From positions 57,104,001-57,168,000 of the forward strand of contig NC_086097.1 of the NCBI RefSeq assembly GCF_963921235.1: 64,000 nt of DNA, written 5' to 3'. Made by a program: the position numbers and the translations under genes. Below the pieces are notes generated by a model that ran no database searches, had not been told where the DNA came from, and saw only the letters and a list, made by a program, of their open reading frames with translations. The stretch comes from Mobula hypostoma. Its lineage: Eukaryota. This document shows positions 1-11,964 of the stretch, piece by piece. Numbering within the stretch: the stretch's first letter is position 1; each line of letters starts with the position of its first letter.

Positions 1-1455
1 GGCAGGTAGTGTTGAGGAAACAGGTAGGCTGCAGAAGGACTTGGACAGATTAGGAGAATTGGCAAGAGTGGCAGCTGAAATACAGTGTTGGAAAATGCAT
101 GGTCATGCACTTTGGTAGTAGAAATAAATGTGCAAATGATTTTCTAAGCAGGGAGAAAATCCAAAAAATTTGAGATGCGAAGAGATTTGGCACTCCTTGT
201 GCAGAACACCCTAAAGCAGTGGTCACCAACCACCGGGCTGCAAAGCGTGTGCTACCGGGCCACGAGGAAACAATATGATTTGACGATATGAAACAATATA
301 AGTCCACTGCACCTTTCCTCATTCCCTGTCACGCACTGTTGAGCTTGAAATAACCTACCAAATCATACCAAATAACACAAAACCTAAAATAACACTAACA
401 TATAGTAAAAGCAGGAATATGATAAGATAAATACACAGCCTATATAAAGTAGAAATAATGTATGTTCAGTGTAGTTTCACTTAACAGAATTGGGAAGATT
501 AAGCCAAAATGGATTTGTAGAAAAAAAATCGACACGTACACACATGCACACACTGGTGCCCGCGCAAGGCTTCATGGTCATGGTAGTCTTTTTTTTGGGG
601 GTAAACACAAGTGTCCCGTATTTGAATGCTACTTTTGTCCCTTATTTGGGAGTGAGAAAGTTGGCAACCCTACTTCCTACTTGAACAACCGCCCCCCTCC
701 GTCGGCCGCTCTGCAAGAGCAGTGTCAATATTAAACTGGTCTGCGGTGCAAAGAAGGTTGGGGACCCCTGCCCTAAAGGTTAACTTGCAGGTGGAGTTGG
801 TGGTGAGGAAGGCAAATGCAATATTCACATTCATTTCAAGAGGTCTAGAATACAAGAGCAGGGATGTGATGCTGAGGCTCTATAAGGCACTTGTGAGGCC
901 TTACCTTGAGTATTGTGAACAGTTTTGGGCCCCTCATCTTAGAAAAGATGTGCTGGTATTGGAGAAGGTTCAGAGGAAGTTCACAAGGATGATTCCAGGA
1001 ATGAAAGGGTTATCATAAGAGGAATGTTTGATGGCTCTGGGTCTGTACTTGCCGGAATTTAGATGAGTGGGGAATCTCATAGAACCTTTTGAATTTTGAA
1101 AGGTGTAGACAGAGTGGATGTGGAAAGGATGTTTCCCATGGTGGGGGAGTCTAGGACAAGAGGGCACAGCCTCAGGATAGAGGAGTATCCCTTTAAAGCA
1201 GAGATGCAGAGAGATTTCTTTTGCCAGAGGGTGGTGAATTTGTGTAATGTGTTACCACAGGCAGCTGTGGAGGCCAGGTCATTGGGTATATTTAAGGCAG
1301 AGCTTGATAGGTTTTTAAATTGGACATAGCATCAAAGATAATGGAGAGAAGGCCAGGATGTAGGGCTGAGGAGGGGAAAAAAGGATCAGCCATGATTGAA
1401 TGGTAGAGCAGACTGGATAGGCCAAGTGGACTAATTCTGCTCCTATGTCTTATGG
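1..1455 (+). mobile_element. CR1 LINE 3' fragment (RT C-terminus and 3' UTR), interrupted by a hAT MITE
   Basis: LYKALVRPYLEYCEQFWAPHLRKD and TRGHSLRI motifs typical of CR1 ORF2; stops and frameshifts present. Confidence 0.9.
217..770. mobile_element. Non-autonomous hAT (Charlie-like) MITE, 554 bp
   Basis: TIRs CAGTGGTCACCAACC / GGTTGGGGACCCCTG (13 of 15 match); perfect 8-bp TSD CCCTAAAG at 209-216 and 771-778 with a central TA. Confidence 0.9.
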
Positions 1456-1459
1456 GCTA

Positions 1460-2432
1460 AATGAACAGGTTTTTTTAATCCAGGATCTCTCAAAATTTTA
1501 GCAGCATTCATATTCTCATCAATTCTGACCATATTTTTACTCCCTTCTTGCTGAAAAACATCCCCATTGCATGATGCTACCTCTACTGTACTTTACACTA
1601 TTGATGGTGTTATCTGGCTGATGCCCAGTATTAGATTTAATGCTGAGGCCAAAAAGTTCCACTTTAGTCTCATCCAATCACAAAACCTTCCACATCTTTA
1701 CAGTATCTTGGTAATGCTTTGCAAAGTCTTTACAGGTAAGGATTCTTTTTGTGCAAGGTCTTAGTGATGGCAGAGCAATGAACTTCATCTCTAGTTGCAG
1801 CCACTGACTTCTGCAGGTCACATAGAGTGACTGTTGGCGTCACAGTAGCCTCTCTTACAAGTGCCATTCTTCTCCACTGACTAAGTTTAGAGAGGCGGCC
1901 TGACTGTGGTTTCATAGTTTTTCTATCTTTCACAATGGACTGCAGTGAGCTCCAAGGTATGTCCAGTACCTTTCAGATGGTCTTATTCACTTCCCCAGAT
2001 TTGTGCATCTTTATGATCATTTCCCTGACTTGTCTTGAATACTCTTTTGTCTTAAGTTTGGTTTGGTCTGTTGGAAATCTACCATACTATTGGATCTTGC
2101 AGAGAGATGGGGTAATTATTCTTATTAATTCATTGAAAACAGGTGATCCTCCAATTTTCTACATCTACGAATTGGGTGAGTTGGTAAGGTAATATAGAGC
2201 AATGCACCTGAGGAAAGTTAATGTAGTAATTACAAAGGGGATGAATAGTTTTTCAGCCCCCAGTTTTTTTAAAATTTTAGTATATTGTTGACAGGTTTTG
2301 GATTAACATGATGCACAATGTTTTGTAGATTAGCCCAAACAAAATCCTACTTCAATATATTTTAAATGTAGAAAATGAGACCGTAAAATATGCAAATATT
2401 TGTGGGGGCTGAATACTTTTTCCAAAGCACTG
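1460..2432 (-). mobile_element. Tc1 transposon remnant (left TIR and transposase N-terminal part), same family as 38684-40235
   Basis: Terminus reads CAGTGCTTTGGAAAAAGTATTCAGCCCCC on the minus strand; ORF remnant RRMALVREATVTPTVTL.DLQKSVAA closely matches the 39-kb copy. Confidence 0.85.
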
Positions 2433-2528
2433 CAAGTCCCTTTACATTGACTTTATTTGTGCTTACAAATTCTAAAGTCATGTTTCATATTACATTGTTT
2501 ACATTTGTTTTTAAATAACTTACTTCAG

Positions 2529-2578
2529 GAAGAAGAAAACAGAAACAACAGGATAAAGCAAATGATTGTATTGGCAAG
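2529..2578 (+). CDS. TOMM20L: TOM20-family mitochondrial import receptor (TOMM20-like), coding exon 2: (R)RRKQKQQDKANDCIGK
   Basis: ttcag acceptor and AAG|gtaatt donor; phase 1 to 0 joins the next exon in frame; basic segment equivalent to TOMM20 RRKKQK. Exon 1 (transmembrane anchor) lies upstream of the window. Confidence 0.75.
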
Positions 2579-3661
2579 GTAATTCATCCTTGTATATTGG
2601 CAAGCAGTATAATGCATAAATTCACGAGAATTGTGTATGTATCATATCCGGTTCTGATGCATCACCTGATCACACTTAAGAATAGACAGTGCTGCTTACA
2701 GTAGTTTTATTTGGGATATCCAAAGGGTAGGGGCAGGAGGTACTTAAATTACATTGAGGGTATGCTTTGGCTGAAGTGTGGAGGGACAATACTTGAACTG
2801 CATTTAACACTCAATACGTGAATGATGATAATGAAGTAGTGTTTCTAAACAGGTTGTTTGATAGCCAGTTCTGAAAGAGTAGGAATTTCTTCATCCTATT
2901 AACAAGACCAGAACTATTGTATTCAGTCCTTGTTGAACTTCATTTCACTGTTTGAAAGTGAATTATATTTCTCAACTTTGGTGTCAAAGGTGAACCTCGA
3001 TGTGCTTCAAAAAAATGCTTCCATGCTCTCACTAACAGCAGTGACTTCCTTTTCCTTAATATCTTCATTTGAGCTTTTTTTTAAACCCTTGGACATGAGT
3101 GTTTTAAACTATCTTTATCTTTTCATATTTCAAATTAAAACTCACTTTCCTTTATTTGCATCCGATCCTATCCATATTGCTTCTGAGCTTGCAACATTTT
3201 GTTTTTAAAATTCTCAATCTTGTTTACAGTTCCTTTGAGGACCTTCTCTCCTTTTGTCAATTCTATGACTTTGAAATAAATGTCTTCTTCCAAATTTGGC
3301 TTCTTAATCACCCCTGATTAATTACTGCATGGTTGCTGACTGTGCATTCAACTGCTTAAAATGTCATGCTCTGGAATAAACCCTCCTAAAAATCTTTACT
3401 TTTTTCTACTCCTACTTAAAACAGCTTTTGGGACGTCTGCTTATCTTCCCCAGTCTTTCCTCTGATGTTAGAATAATTTGCATATTCATACAATAATTTG
3501 TATATTAATACAGATTTTCATTGTAGCTTAAATTAATGATTGGTTAAAATTTATTACTTATGTGTATAAAATGAAACTTTATATAACTATAATGCACTCT
3601 TCACATTTAAGGTGAATATCAGTAGGCATGTATGTTTCTCAATGTCACGTTGTAATTTCAG

Positions 3662-3743
3662 TTACCTGACTTAAAAAATGTTGAAGCAGTACAGAAGTTT
3701 TTTCTTGAAGAGGTCCAGTTGGGAGAAGAATTGTTGGCAAGAG
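3662..3743 (+). CDS. TOMM20L: TOMM20-like coding exon 3: LPDLKNVEAVQKFFLEEVQLGEELLAR(G)
   Basis: Near-identical to the TOM20 motif LPDLKDAEAVQKFFLEEIQLGEELLAQG; tttcag and G|gtaaac splice sites; 82 nt. TOMM20L rather than TOMM20 is assigned from synteny with TIMM9 and KIAA0586. Confidence 0.9.
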
Positions 3744-3957
3744 GTAAACCTGGATTGTTATTGTTCATCATCTACTTCAAAAGCCAGAGCAAATTTTGTT
3801 CAGATACTGTTTGATTGCCTAAGTGTTGCCCCAATAACACTATCAAAACCATCCAAGATCAAGCAGGCCACTTGTCTGACACCTCAACCATCAAGTCCAA
3901 CTCCCTTTCATAATCCATGTGCCATGTCTAATGTGTATCATCTGTATTTGCTTATGT

Positions 3958-4150
3958 GAAAACAGAAAATGCTGGAAACACAGTAGACCAGGCAATATCT
4001 GTGGGAGGAGGAAGAGAACTAGAGGTAACATTTCAGGTCAAAGACCCTTTATCAGATGTTAACTGTAGTTCTCTTGCCACAGACGCTGCATGATCTGTGT
4101 ATTTCTAGCATTTTCTAATTTATCAGATTCAATATCTGCAGTTTTATTGG
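3958..4150. repeat. Head-to-head inverted pair of degenerate Penelope pseudo-LTR fragments
   Basis: 3960-4056 is the reverse complement of the Penelope 3' repeat and 4057-4150 is the forward copy; the junction lies at the degenerate hammerhead core. Confidence 0.6.
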
Positions 4151-5326
4151 TTTCTAATGTATTTACTTCAGGTCTTTCACTTTTAAGACCCTGGTTTCAT
4201 ATTGAACTAATCTAAAAAAGTAAACTACAAAGGCATGGAATCTGAATTGATTGTAAAGTGACATTTAAAAACATGCCAGTTGACAAATTGATAAATGTAT
4301 TGTTTACAAGTCAACGTCCAAGGTAAAGTAAAAATTAAATAAGTGAACTGGTCTATTAGTGGCCATCAGGAGAAGTTTAAAATGGTATTAATTGTAGCAG
4401 GAGGTTTATGATATCATTAGGGGAGGACATAGACTTTGAAAAAGGGTGAAGTAGAATCTGACAGTTGTCTCCTGAAAAACAGAGATGGCCTTTAAGTTTC
4501 CGTAAATCACTATAAAAGGATATGATTGATAAAATGTAATGTGAGCCCCTTAAAGATTGAGATAGGAGAAGTTGGTGCCACAAAGATGGTGGATGTACTA
4601 GTTGTCATATTCCAAATTTTCATAGATTTTTATCATAAAAATTAGTGAATGTAACTCCAGTACTGAAAAGAGGAAGAGAGAAAGCAGGGAAGCAGGTTAA
4701 CCTGGCTTCAATAGTAGAGAAGTTGCTGAAATCTATTGTGAAGAATATATTTTAAAGAAGTGACAAAGTAGAGCTCTTGGGGGGGAAAAAGGTTTTAAAA
4801 GACACACTTAATATTAGATTTCAACATTTTTCCTATTAGTGAAAGAGGCTAATAGCTGCTAGATGCAGTACCCCTTGTCTACCTGTCTTATTTATCATTT
4901 TGACAAAGTGGAAAGGAGACTTCCCTGTTCATCTGTGCAGGTATATTCAATTTGAATCAAGGAGCAGGTGGAGATTTCGTTCCTGTAGTTGTTGAGATTG
5001 GATTAGACAGAATGTACTGCAACTCTGATATGGTTGACTATTTAATTTTTTAAAAAAAAGGTTGGTTACTGTAGGTGGAGTTGCTTGGAATTCAAACTAG
5101 TCTCTTTAAAAATAGTTTTATGGAAATCAATATTATTGTGCTAAAAGCTTAGTCGTCCTACATATTATTGGAATGACCTAATTTTTAAAAAACCATAGAA
5201 CGTGAAATTGACAGAAAGGGCACGTTATTTCCCTTCTCTATTTAATAATTTGACTGGGATTACATCATTGATCATCTTGCAGGACCATGGTTTTAATCAA
5301 TGCACCACTCTTCACTGATTTTTCAG

Positions 5327-5469
5327 GTGACTATGAGAAAGGAGTTGATCATTTAAGTAATGCCGTGTCAGTATGTGGGCAACCACAGCAACTATTGCAC
5401 GTTCTCCAGCAAACGCTACCACATCAAGTGTTCCAGATGCTTATCCAAAGATTGCCAGTTGTTAGACAG
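5327..5469 (+). CDS. TOMM20L: TOMM20-like coding exon 4: (G)DYEKGVDHLSNAVSVCGQPQQLLHVLQQTLPHQVFQMLIQRLPVVRQ
   Basis: TOM20 presequence-binding core (GVDHL..A..VCGQPQQLL.VLQQTLP..VFQML); tttcag and CAG|gtttga sites; 143 nt; frame continuous with exon 3. Confidence 0.92.
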
Positions 5470-5806
5470 GTTTGATGGGATCCCTTTCTTTCTCCATACC
5501 TATTCAATTATTTTCTTCAATATCTAGCATTTACTGATTGTGATTTACTGTTTTCTATTTCTTTAAACATCTCATGATTTCAAAAATGAGTCAACATAAT
5601 TTAAATCTTGATTCTATTTACCAAAGAAATTATTCTGAATCAGGTTGACTATTTTGAATTAAATGGTTATTTTTGAAAGCAATAAGTATGTGTCCTATTG
5701 ATGTCAAGTAGTGTAAAGTGCAAATTGTATTTAAACAACTTTTTTCAAAAAGAATACAATGTGTAATTTATGATATTTTTAATAATTTCTCTTTCCCTCC
5801 TCACAG

Positions 5807-5860
5807 CGTTTTCTTGCAGGAATGAATGCACAGAATTTGGTAGATGATGATGTTGAATAA
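5807..5860 (+). CDS. TOMM20L: TOMM20-like last coding exon: RFLAGMNAQNLVDDDVE*
   Basis: Polypyrimidine tract plus cacag acceptor; acidic C-terminus DDVE-stop typical of TOM20; AATAAA at 5856-5861 and 5982-5987. Confidence 0.88.
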   Translation, partial: RFLAGMNAQNLVDDDVE

Positions 5861-6160
5861 AATATTTACACTTTCTTCGGCTCCAACAAAGTTTATTCCA
5901 TCATTGTGAACTCCTAACTTCAGTGATTTAATGTTGAATTAAGTTTACAAACTAAGTCAAAACTGTACCATTAACTTTCAAAATAAAACAGAAACCTTGG
6001 TCCATCAGTATATTGTATTCCTGTTTCCATCTACTTTCACTTGATTATAACACTCATTTCACTTGGAACCAGCATTGTGTACATTAAAAATGTGGTCATT
6101 CTTCAGCTAATACAAGTAGCTTACACTCCATTTATACCCTACCTCCCAAATGGTCCTTTG

Positions 6161-6298
6161 TTATACACGAGGTTGGCTAATCAGTCCTGCTTTTGCTGCT
6201 AATGCTTCATTTTGTTGAATATGATATTCTTGAAAACGCATTGATATTCTTTGGGTCATCTTCAAATATTTTTGAAGGCAGTGTTCTGAACAAGTTAC
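6161..6298 (-). CDS. TIMM9: TIM9 small Tim chaperone, last coding exon: [45 protein letters not shown]
   Basis: Reverse-strand translation nearly identical to the vertebrate TIMM9 C-terminus; second CX3C motif (CSEHC); ttcag acceptor at 6301-6299; TAA at 6163-6161. Confidence 0.97.
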   Translation of the reverse strand, partial: VTCSEHCLQKYLKMTQRISMRFQEYHIQQNEALAAKAGLISQPRV

Positions 6299-6759
6299 CT
6301 GAATTTAAAATAAAAATCAAATTTTGCTCACAAAAATGAAGTTATCATATTCTGAAACTTTCTGCAGTATATATTTTAGTGTAAAAGTAAAATGTGCACA
6401 AATCTTCAGAACAATATTTGTAAATTTTCCCCATTTTTTGGGATTTGGTGTTCATTGGCAAGACAAGTATTTATACCTCATTTCTAAATGTCTTTGAAGT
6501 TGTGGTGGAATGCTGCTATTGGACAGATTGCTCAAAATATAGACTCAGGATTGATGAAGAAAGAGCACATTATTTCCAGGTAAGGTTGGTGCTCGACTCA
6601 GAAGGGAAACTCTAGGTGATGGTGTTCTATGTGCCGATTGTTTTCTCGGTGGTAGAGATAATGGATTTATGAAGTACTGTTGGAGTAGCCTCAGCAAAGT
6701 ATTTTTGCAGATGGTACATGCTTCAGTCACCATATCTATGATATCTTCATATATATTGC

Positions 6760-8236
6760 CTCTGGCGATGACCTTTGCATCATCAATGGGGACAGGAGAG
6801 GTCTGGAGGATTGGAGTGTTGCAGATATTGTTCCCTTATTCAAGAAAGGGAGTAGGGATAGCCCAGGAAATTACAGACCAGTGAGTCTTATTTCAGTGGT
6901 TGGTAAGTTGATGGAGAAGATCCTGAGAGGCAGGATTTATGAACATATGGAGAGGCATAATTTGATTAGGAATAGTCAGCATGCTTTGTGAGAGGCAGGT
7001 CATGCCTTACGAGCCTGATTGAATTTCTTGAGGATGTGACTAAACACATTGATGAAATAGAGCTGTGGATGTAGTATATATGGATTTCAGCAAGGCATTT
7101 GATAAAGTACCCCATGCAAGGCTTATTGAGAAAGTAAGGTGGCATGGGATCCAAGAGGACATTGCTTTGCGGATCCAGAACTGGCTTGCCCACAGAAGGC
7201 AAGGAGCGGTTGTAGATGGGTCATATTCTGTATGGAGGTTGGTGACCAGTGGTGTGGCTCAGGGATCTGTTCTGGGACCCCTACTCTTTGTGATTTTTAT
7301 AAATGACCTGGATGAGGAAGTGGAGGGATGGATTAGTAAATTTGCTGATGACACAAAGGTTGGGGTTGTTGTGGATAGTGTGGAGGGCTGTCAGAGGTTA
7401 CAGCAGGACATTGATAGGATGCAAAACTGGGCTGAGAAGTGGCAAATGGAGTTCAACCTAGATAAGTGTAAACTGGTTCATTCTGGTAGGTCAAATATGA
7501 TGGCGGAATCTAGTATTAATGGCAAGACTCTTGGCAGTGTGGAGGAGCAGAGGGATCTTGGGGTTCGAGTCCATAGGACACTCAAAGCTGCTGTGCAGGT
7601 TGACTCTATGGTTAAAGAAGGCATATGGTGCATTGGCCTTCATCAATTGTGGGATTGAGTTTAGGAGCCGAGAGGTAATGTTGCAGCTATATAGGACCCT
7701 GGTCAGACCCCACTTGGAGTACTGTGCTCAGTTCTGATCGCCTCACTACAGGAAGGATGTGGAAACCATAGAAAGGGTGCAGAGGAGATTTACAAGAATG
7801 TTGCCTGGTTTGGAGAGCAATCTTTATGAGAATAGGTTGAGTGAACTTTGCCTTTTCTCCTTGGAGTGACAGAGGATGAGAGGTGACCTGATAGAGGTGT
7901 ATAAGATGATAAGAGGCATTGATCGTGTGGATAGTCAGAGGCTTTTTCCCAGGGCTGCATGAGATGGCACAGTTTTAAGGTGCTTGGAAGTAGGTACAGA
8001 GGAGATGTTAAGGGTAAGTTTTTTTACGCAGAGTGGCAAGTGTGTGAAATGGGCTGCTGACAATGGTGGTGGAGGCGGAAACAATAGGGTCTTTTAAGAG
8101 ACTCCTGGATAGGTACATGGAGCTTAGAAAAATAGAAGGCTATGAGTAACCCTAAGTAATTTTTAAGGTAAGGACATGTTTGGCACAGCTTTGTGGGCCG
8201 GAGGGCCTGTATTGTGCTGTAGGTTTTCGATGTTTC
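6760..8236 (+). mobile_element. CR1 LINE 3' portion (RT domain to 3' tail) in a TIMM9 intron
   Basis: YMDFSKAFDKVPH, SGVAQGSVLGP and KFADDTK motifs; 3' ttctatgtttcta-like tail. Confidence 0.92.
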
Positions 8237-9007
8237 TATATTTTACTGATGACTGAAAGTATTAGATTGAATTTGATCCACTTTTTCCATTCAGCTAGTG
8301 CTGTGAAAGTTCTATTAACCCTCCTCCCAGATGTATGGGAGTTTTCCAAAGGTTCACTTAATGTCAGAGAAATGTATACAATATACATCCTGAAATGCCT
8401 TTTCTTCATCGTGTGACAGTCACTGCCTTTGTTACAGACTAGACAATTCCAGCTTCTTTCATTATATTCCACATTAACATGTTCATCTAAACTCCGCTTA
8501 ATGTCGTCCAACTTGTGCTTTATTTAAATTTGTTCATAAAGGTGGGTGTTGTTGGCCAATCGGTGCAGATGAAATGAATAGCTTGATAAAGTATTTTAGA
8601 CAATTGCTGGCATCAAATTACTCAGGGTCTGGTCACAAAATGGATCATTTAGGTAAGAATGGTAGACATCCTTTCACAAAGTACAAAACTGAATACACAA
8701 ATGAGATTTTAACATCTCTCTGGTAATTTCATGGTAACAAGACATTTTAATTCCTTTGAAAAGGTATTTTTAAAAATCCCACAAAATTGATCCACTTAAA
8801 TTGGATGACTTAATGTTTAAAATAAATAGTTTATCTTGTCAAGACTGGCAAGAAGAGATCATTGGATTGCTTCACATTTGTGCAAGTTCAAACCAAAACA
8901 AGGCTGATATACCTTAAGCGATTTCATAAAATTTCGACTGAATATCTAAAGTAATTTAAATTGGGTTAACTTAAACCACTCAAGTAATAAATCAATACAG
9001 GATGTAC

Positions 9008-9103
9008 CTCTTCTGTTTTCACATCCCTGGTTGTAAAATCCTTTACACAGTCCATAAAACAGTGCTCTGTAAGTTTGTTGTATGTACCCAGGAATTCTCT
9101 AAA
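9008..9103 (-). CDS. TIMM9: TIMM9 coding exon 2: [32 protein letters not shown]
   Basis: First CX3C motif (CFMDC); gtgcag acceptor and GAG|gtacat donor; 96 nt, phase 0. Confidence 0.97.
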
Positions 9104-9213
9104 CTGCACATAGAAGAGAGAAAAAAATTATTAAATCCCAGACTGCCTCCATTGGAAACTCACAAATACATCAATTAACTTTCAGCAACAAGCAAACATT
9201 GGATGAAAATTAC

Positions 9214-9252
9214 CTGTTTTATCTGGTCTGTTTCTGATATTTGTGTTGCCAT
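9214..9252 (-). CDS. TIMM9: TIMM9 first coding exon: MATQISETDQIKQ
   Basis: ATG at 9252-9250 and CAG|gtaatt donor; matches the TIMM9 N-terminus (MAAQIPESDQIKQ type); the spliced CDS gives 90 aa. Confidence 0.95.
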
Positions 9253-10599
9253 TACAACAATGTTTTCAGGTCTTGGGAAATGTTACTGCATCTGGCACCA
9301 AAACAACAATTCAATATATAATTGGAAAGAGAAAGATATTAAATCTATGTATTGCCTTGGAGAACCAATTATGTCATTTAAGTAACTGATGATATTGAAA
9401 GGTTACCAAAATAGAGGTTAAATCACATGGAAAAAGAAATGAGATTGAATCCCTTTTCTTTAGTTTCAAAAGGTGAAGGGGTCATGGAAATCTTTCAGAT
9501 ACTGTTTTAAAAGTCTCCTTTGATGCTTCCTTCAGAACAAACAATCTCTGGCTATTCAAATTCTCTCCTGGGTCGAATACCAAAAGATTAGTCATGTATC
9601 CGTTTTTGAAATCTAATCATTATCACAAAAACAATTCAGGAAGGATAACTAGAGTTTAGGTATATTCTCACCAATGTTATAGTACCTAATGTCACAAAAA
9701 TGCTTATAATCTGAAACTTTAAAACAATCTGAAAATTTAAAGGAAAAAGTCTCAGTCAAGTAGCATTTGTGGAGAAGTTAGAATCAGAAATCCAGAAAGA
9801 TCCTACAGCAAAATCTGAGAAATGTTAGAAACAGACCTCATTTTAATAAAGGTATAGAACATTAAAAATAGGGGTGGGGGGGGGAGGAAGACAAATGGAA
9901 AAATAAACAGGAATGGTTAAATGGTGCGGATATCCACCAGAATGAAGGAAAACTGTGGAAAAAATTATTGTCAATCTGACAATAAAGGGGAAGAGTACTA
10001 AAGAATAAAGAAAAGTAGGCTGTGACGCTGAAAAGAATTTGAAAGCCTTTTGTACATAATAGCAGCTGGTCTTTTGAGAGGGTTTCCCCTGCTTTATACA
10101 GCAACCTGTTCCCCAGAGTCACAGCATTAATGTGGAAACTTGCTAGAAACTATGGATGAAATTACTTAGAACCTTTGGAACAATATCAATGGCTAAAGGT
10201 ATGAGTAAGAAAGAACGTCAGAATTAAAATTGAAGATAAATCATATAGGCAACTTTTGTGAAGAGAATACTTTTTTAAAAATATATTTGTCAATTAAGTG
10301 ATACACAACTTTGTATGACAAGATGAACAATCTAAATAATATAATTACCACTAAGGCAAAATATTGTCAGCACACTATTTTCAGTCATGCATACTGTATT
10401 AGGTAAAATAAGTACTTTTTTACAGTACCTATTGCCTTCAATACCTGCTCGCTGGAATACAGACAGTAAAATAAATGAACACCTAAGCTCATACTTTGTC
10501 ACATTCATTTAAACAAGTTATTTGATGTTCATTAAGTAACATTTTTAAACCTTTTAAATCTTATTTTGTTACAAAAGTATAATTTAAATCATTTTTATT

Positions 10600-11190
10600 C
10601 TAAAAGAATGGATTTGTCATGAAGATACAAGGTAGTGGTAGAGGGATATTTTTATGACTGGAGATCTGTGACTAGTTGTGTTCTGCAAAGTTCAGTGCTG
10701 GGACCTCTAATTTTTAATGACTTGGATGTAAATGTAGATGATTGGATTATTAAATTTGCAGATGACAAAGATTGATTGTGGATAGTGAGGATACTAGGTG
10801 GAGAAGTGGCAGATGAAGTTTAATCTGGATGAGTGTGAGATGCATTTTGGTAGGTAAAATGAAAGAGGCTAAGTATAGCGTAAATGGCTTATGAAACTTG
10901 ATGTACAGAGGAATCTGGAGGTGCAGAGGTGATTCTGAAAATTGCAACACGGGTAAGATGGTAAGGACCTAAGAAATGATTTCCTTCATCATTTGAGGCA
11001 CTGAATATAAAAGTTGGGAAATCCTGTTGCAGCTGTATAAAACTTTAGTTATGCCTCACTTGATATACTGTGTGCAGTTCTGGTCACTACACTATAGGAA
11101 GGATGTGGAGGCTTTAGAGAGGATGAGAAGTAGTTAACCAAGTTGTTGTCTGGATTAGAAAGTATTAATGAAAAGGAAAGATTGTTTTCT
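10600..11190 (+). mobile_element. Old degenerate CR1 RT fragment
   Basis: Remnants of the SVLGP, FADD and CVQFWS motifs. Confidence 0.7.
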
Positions 11191-11885
11191 GTGGTGTATT
11201 ATATAGTCGTGGAATACTACAAATAAACAGTAGTCTGTGCCAAACCGTTAATCTGTCTGGTCCCATCCACCTGCACCTGGGCCATAGTCCTCCATACTCC
11301 TCCCATCCATGTACCTATTAAATTTCTCTTCAATGTTGAAATTGACTCTGCATCCGCCACTTGTGCTGGCAGCTTGTTCCACATTTTCGCCACCATCTGA
11401 GGATGAAGAAGTTTCCCCTCTTGTTTCCTTTAAACATTTCATCTTTCACCCTTAACCCATGACCTCTCACTCTCGTCTCACCCAACCTCAGTGGGAAAAG
11501 CCTACATGCATATACCGTATCTACACTCAATTTTGTATACCTGTATCAAATCTCCCCTCAATCTTCTACATTCTAGGAATAAAGTCCTAACCTATTCAAC
11601 CTTTCCCTATAACTCAGGTCCTGAAATCCCGACAACATCCTTGTAAATTTTCTCTGTACTCTTTCAATCTTATTTGCGTCTTTCCTATAGGTAGGTGACC
11701 AAAACCGGACACAATACTCCAATTTAGTACTCACCAATGTCTTCGACAATTTCAACATAACATCCCAACTCCTGTACTCAATACATTGATATTTGAAGCC
11801 CAATGTTCCCAAAGCTTTATTTATGATCCTATCTCCTTGTGATGCCACTTTCAAGGAATTACGGATCTGTAATCCCAGATCACTC
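11190..11885 (-). mobile_element. CR1 LINE 3' fragment
   Basis: LEYCVRFWSPTYRKD.NKIERVQRKFTRM and TRVRGHGL motifs on the minus strand. Confidence 0.85.
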
Positions 11886-11964
11886 TACGCAGACACAACA
11901 GAAGTGTTCCCATGCAGGTCTGGCAAAGAGTTTTAAAAACCCAATCTCCATAAAAGAGGTATTG

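Noticed and set aside
10445..10599. Possible additional non-coding TIMM9 exon (cttttag acceptor and CAG|gtattg donor on the minus strand)
   Set aside because: Splice-like signals are common in AT-rich DNA, so this cannot be supported without transcript data.
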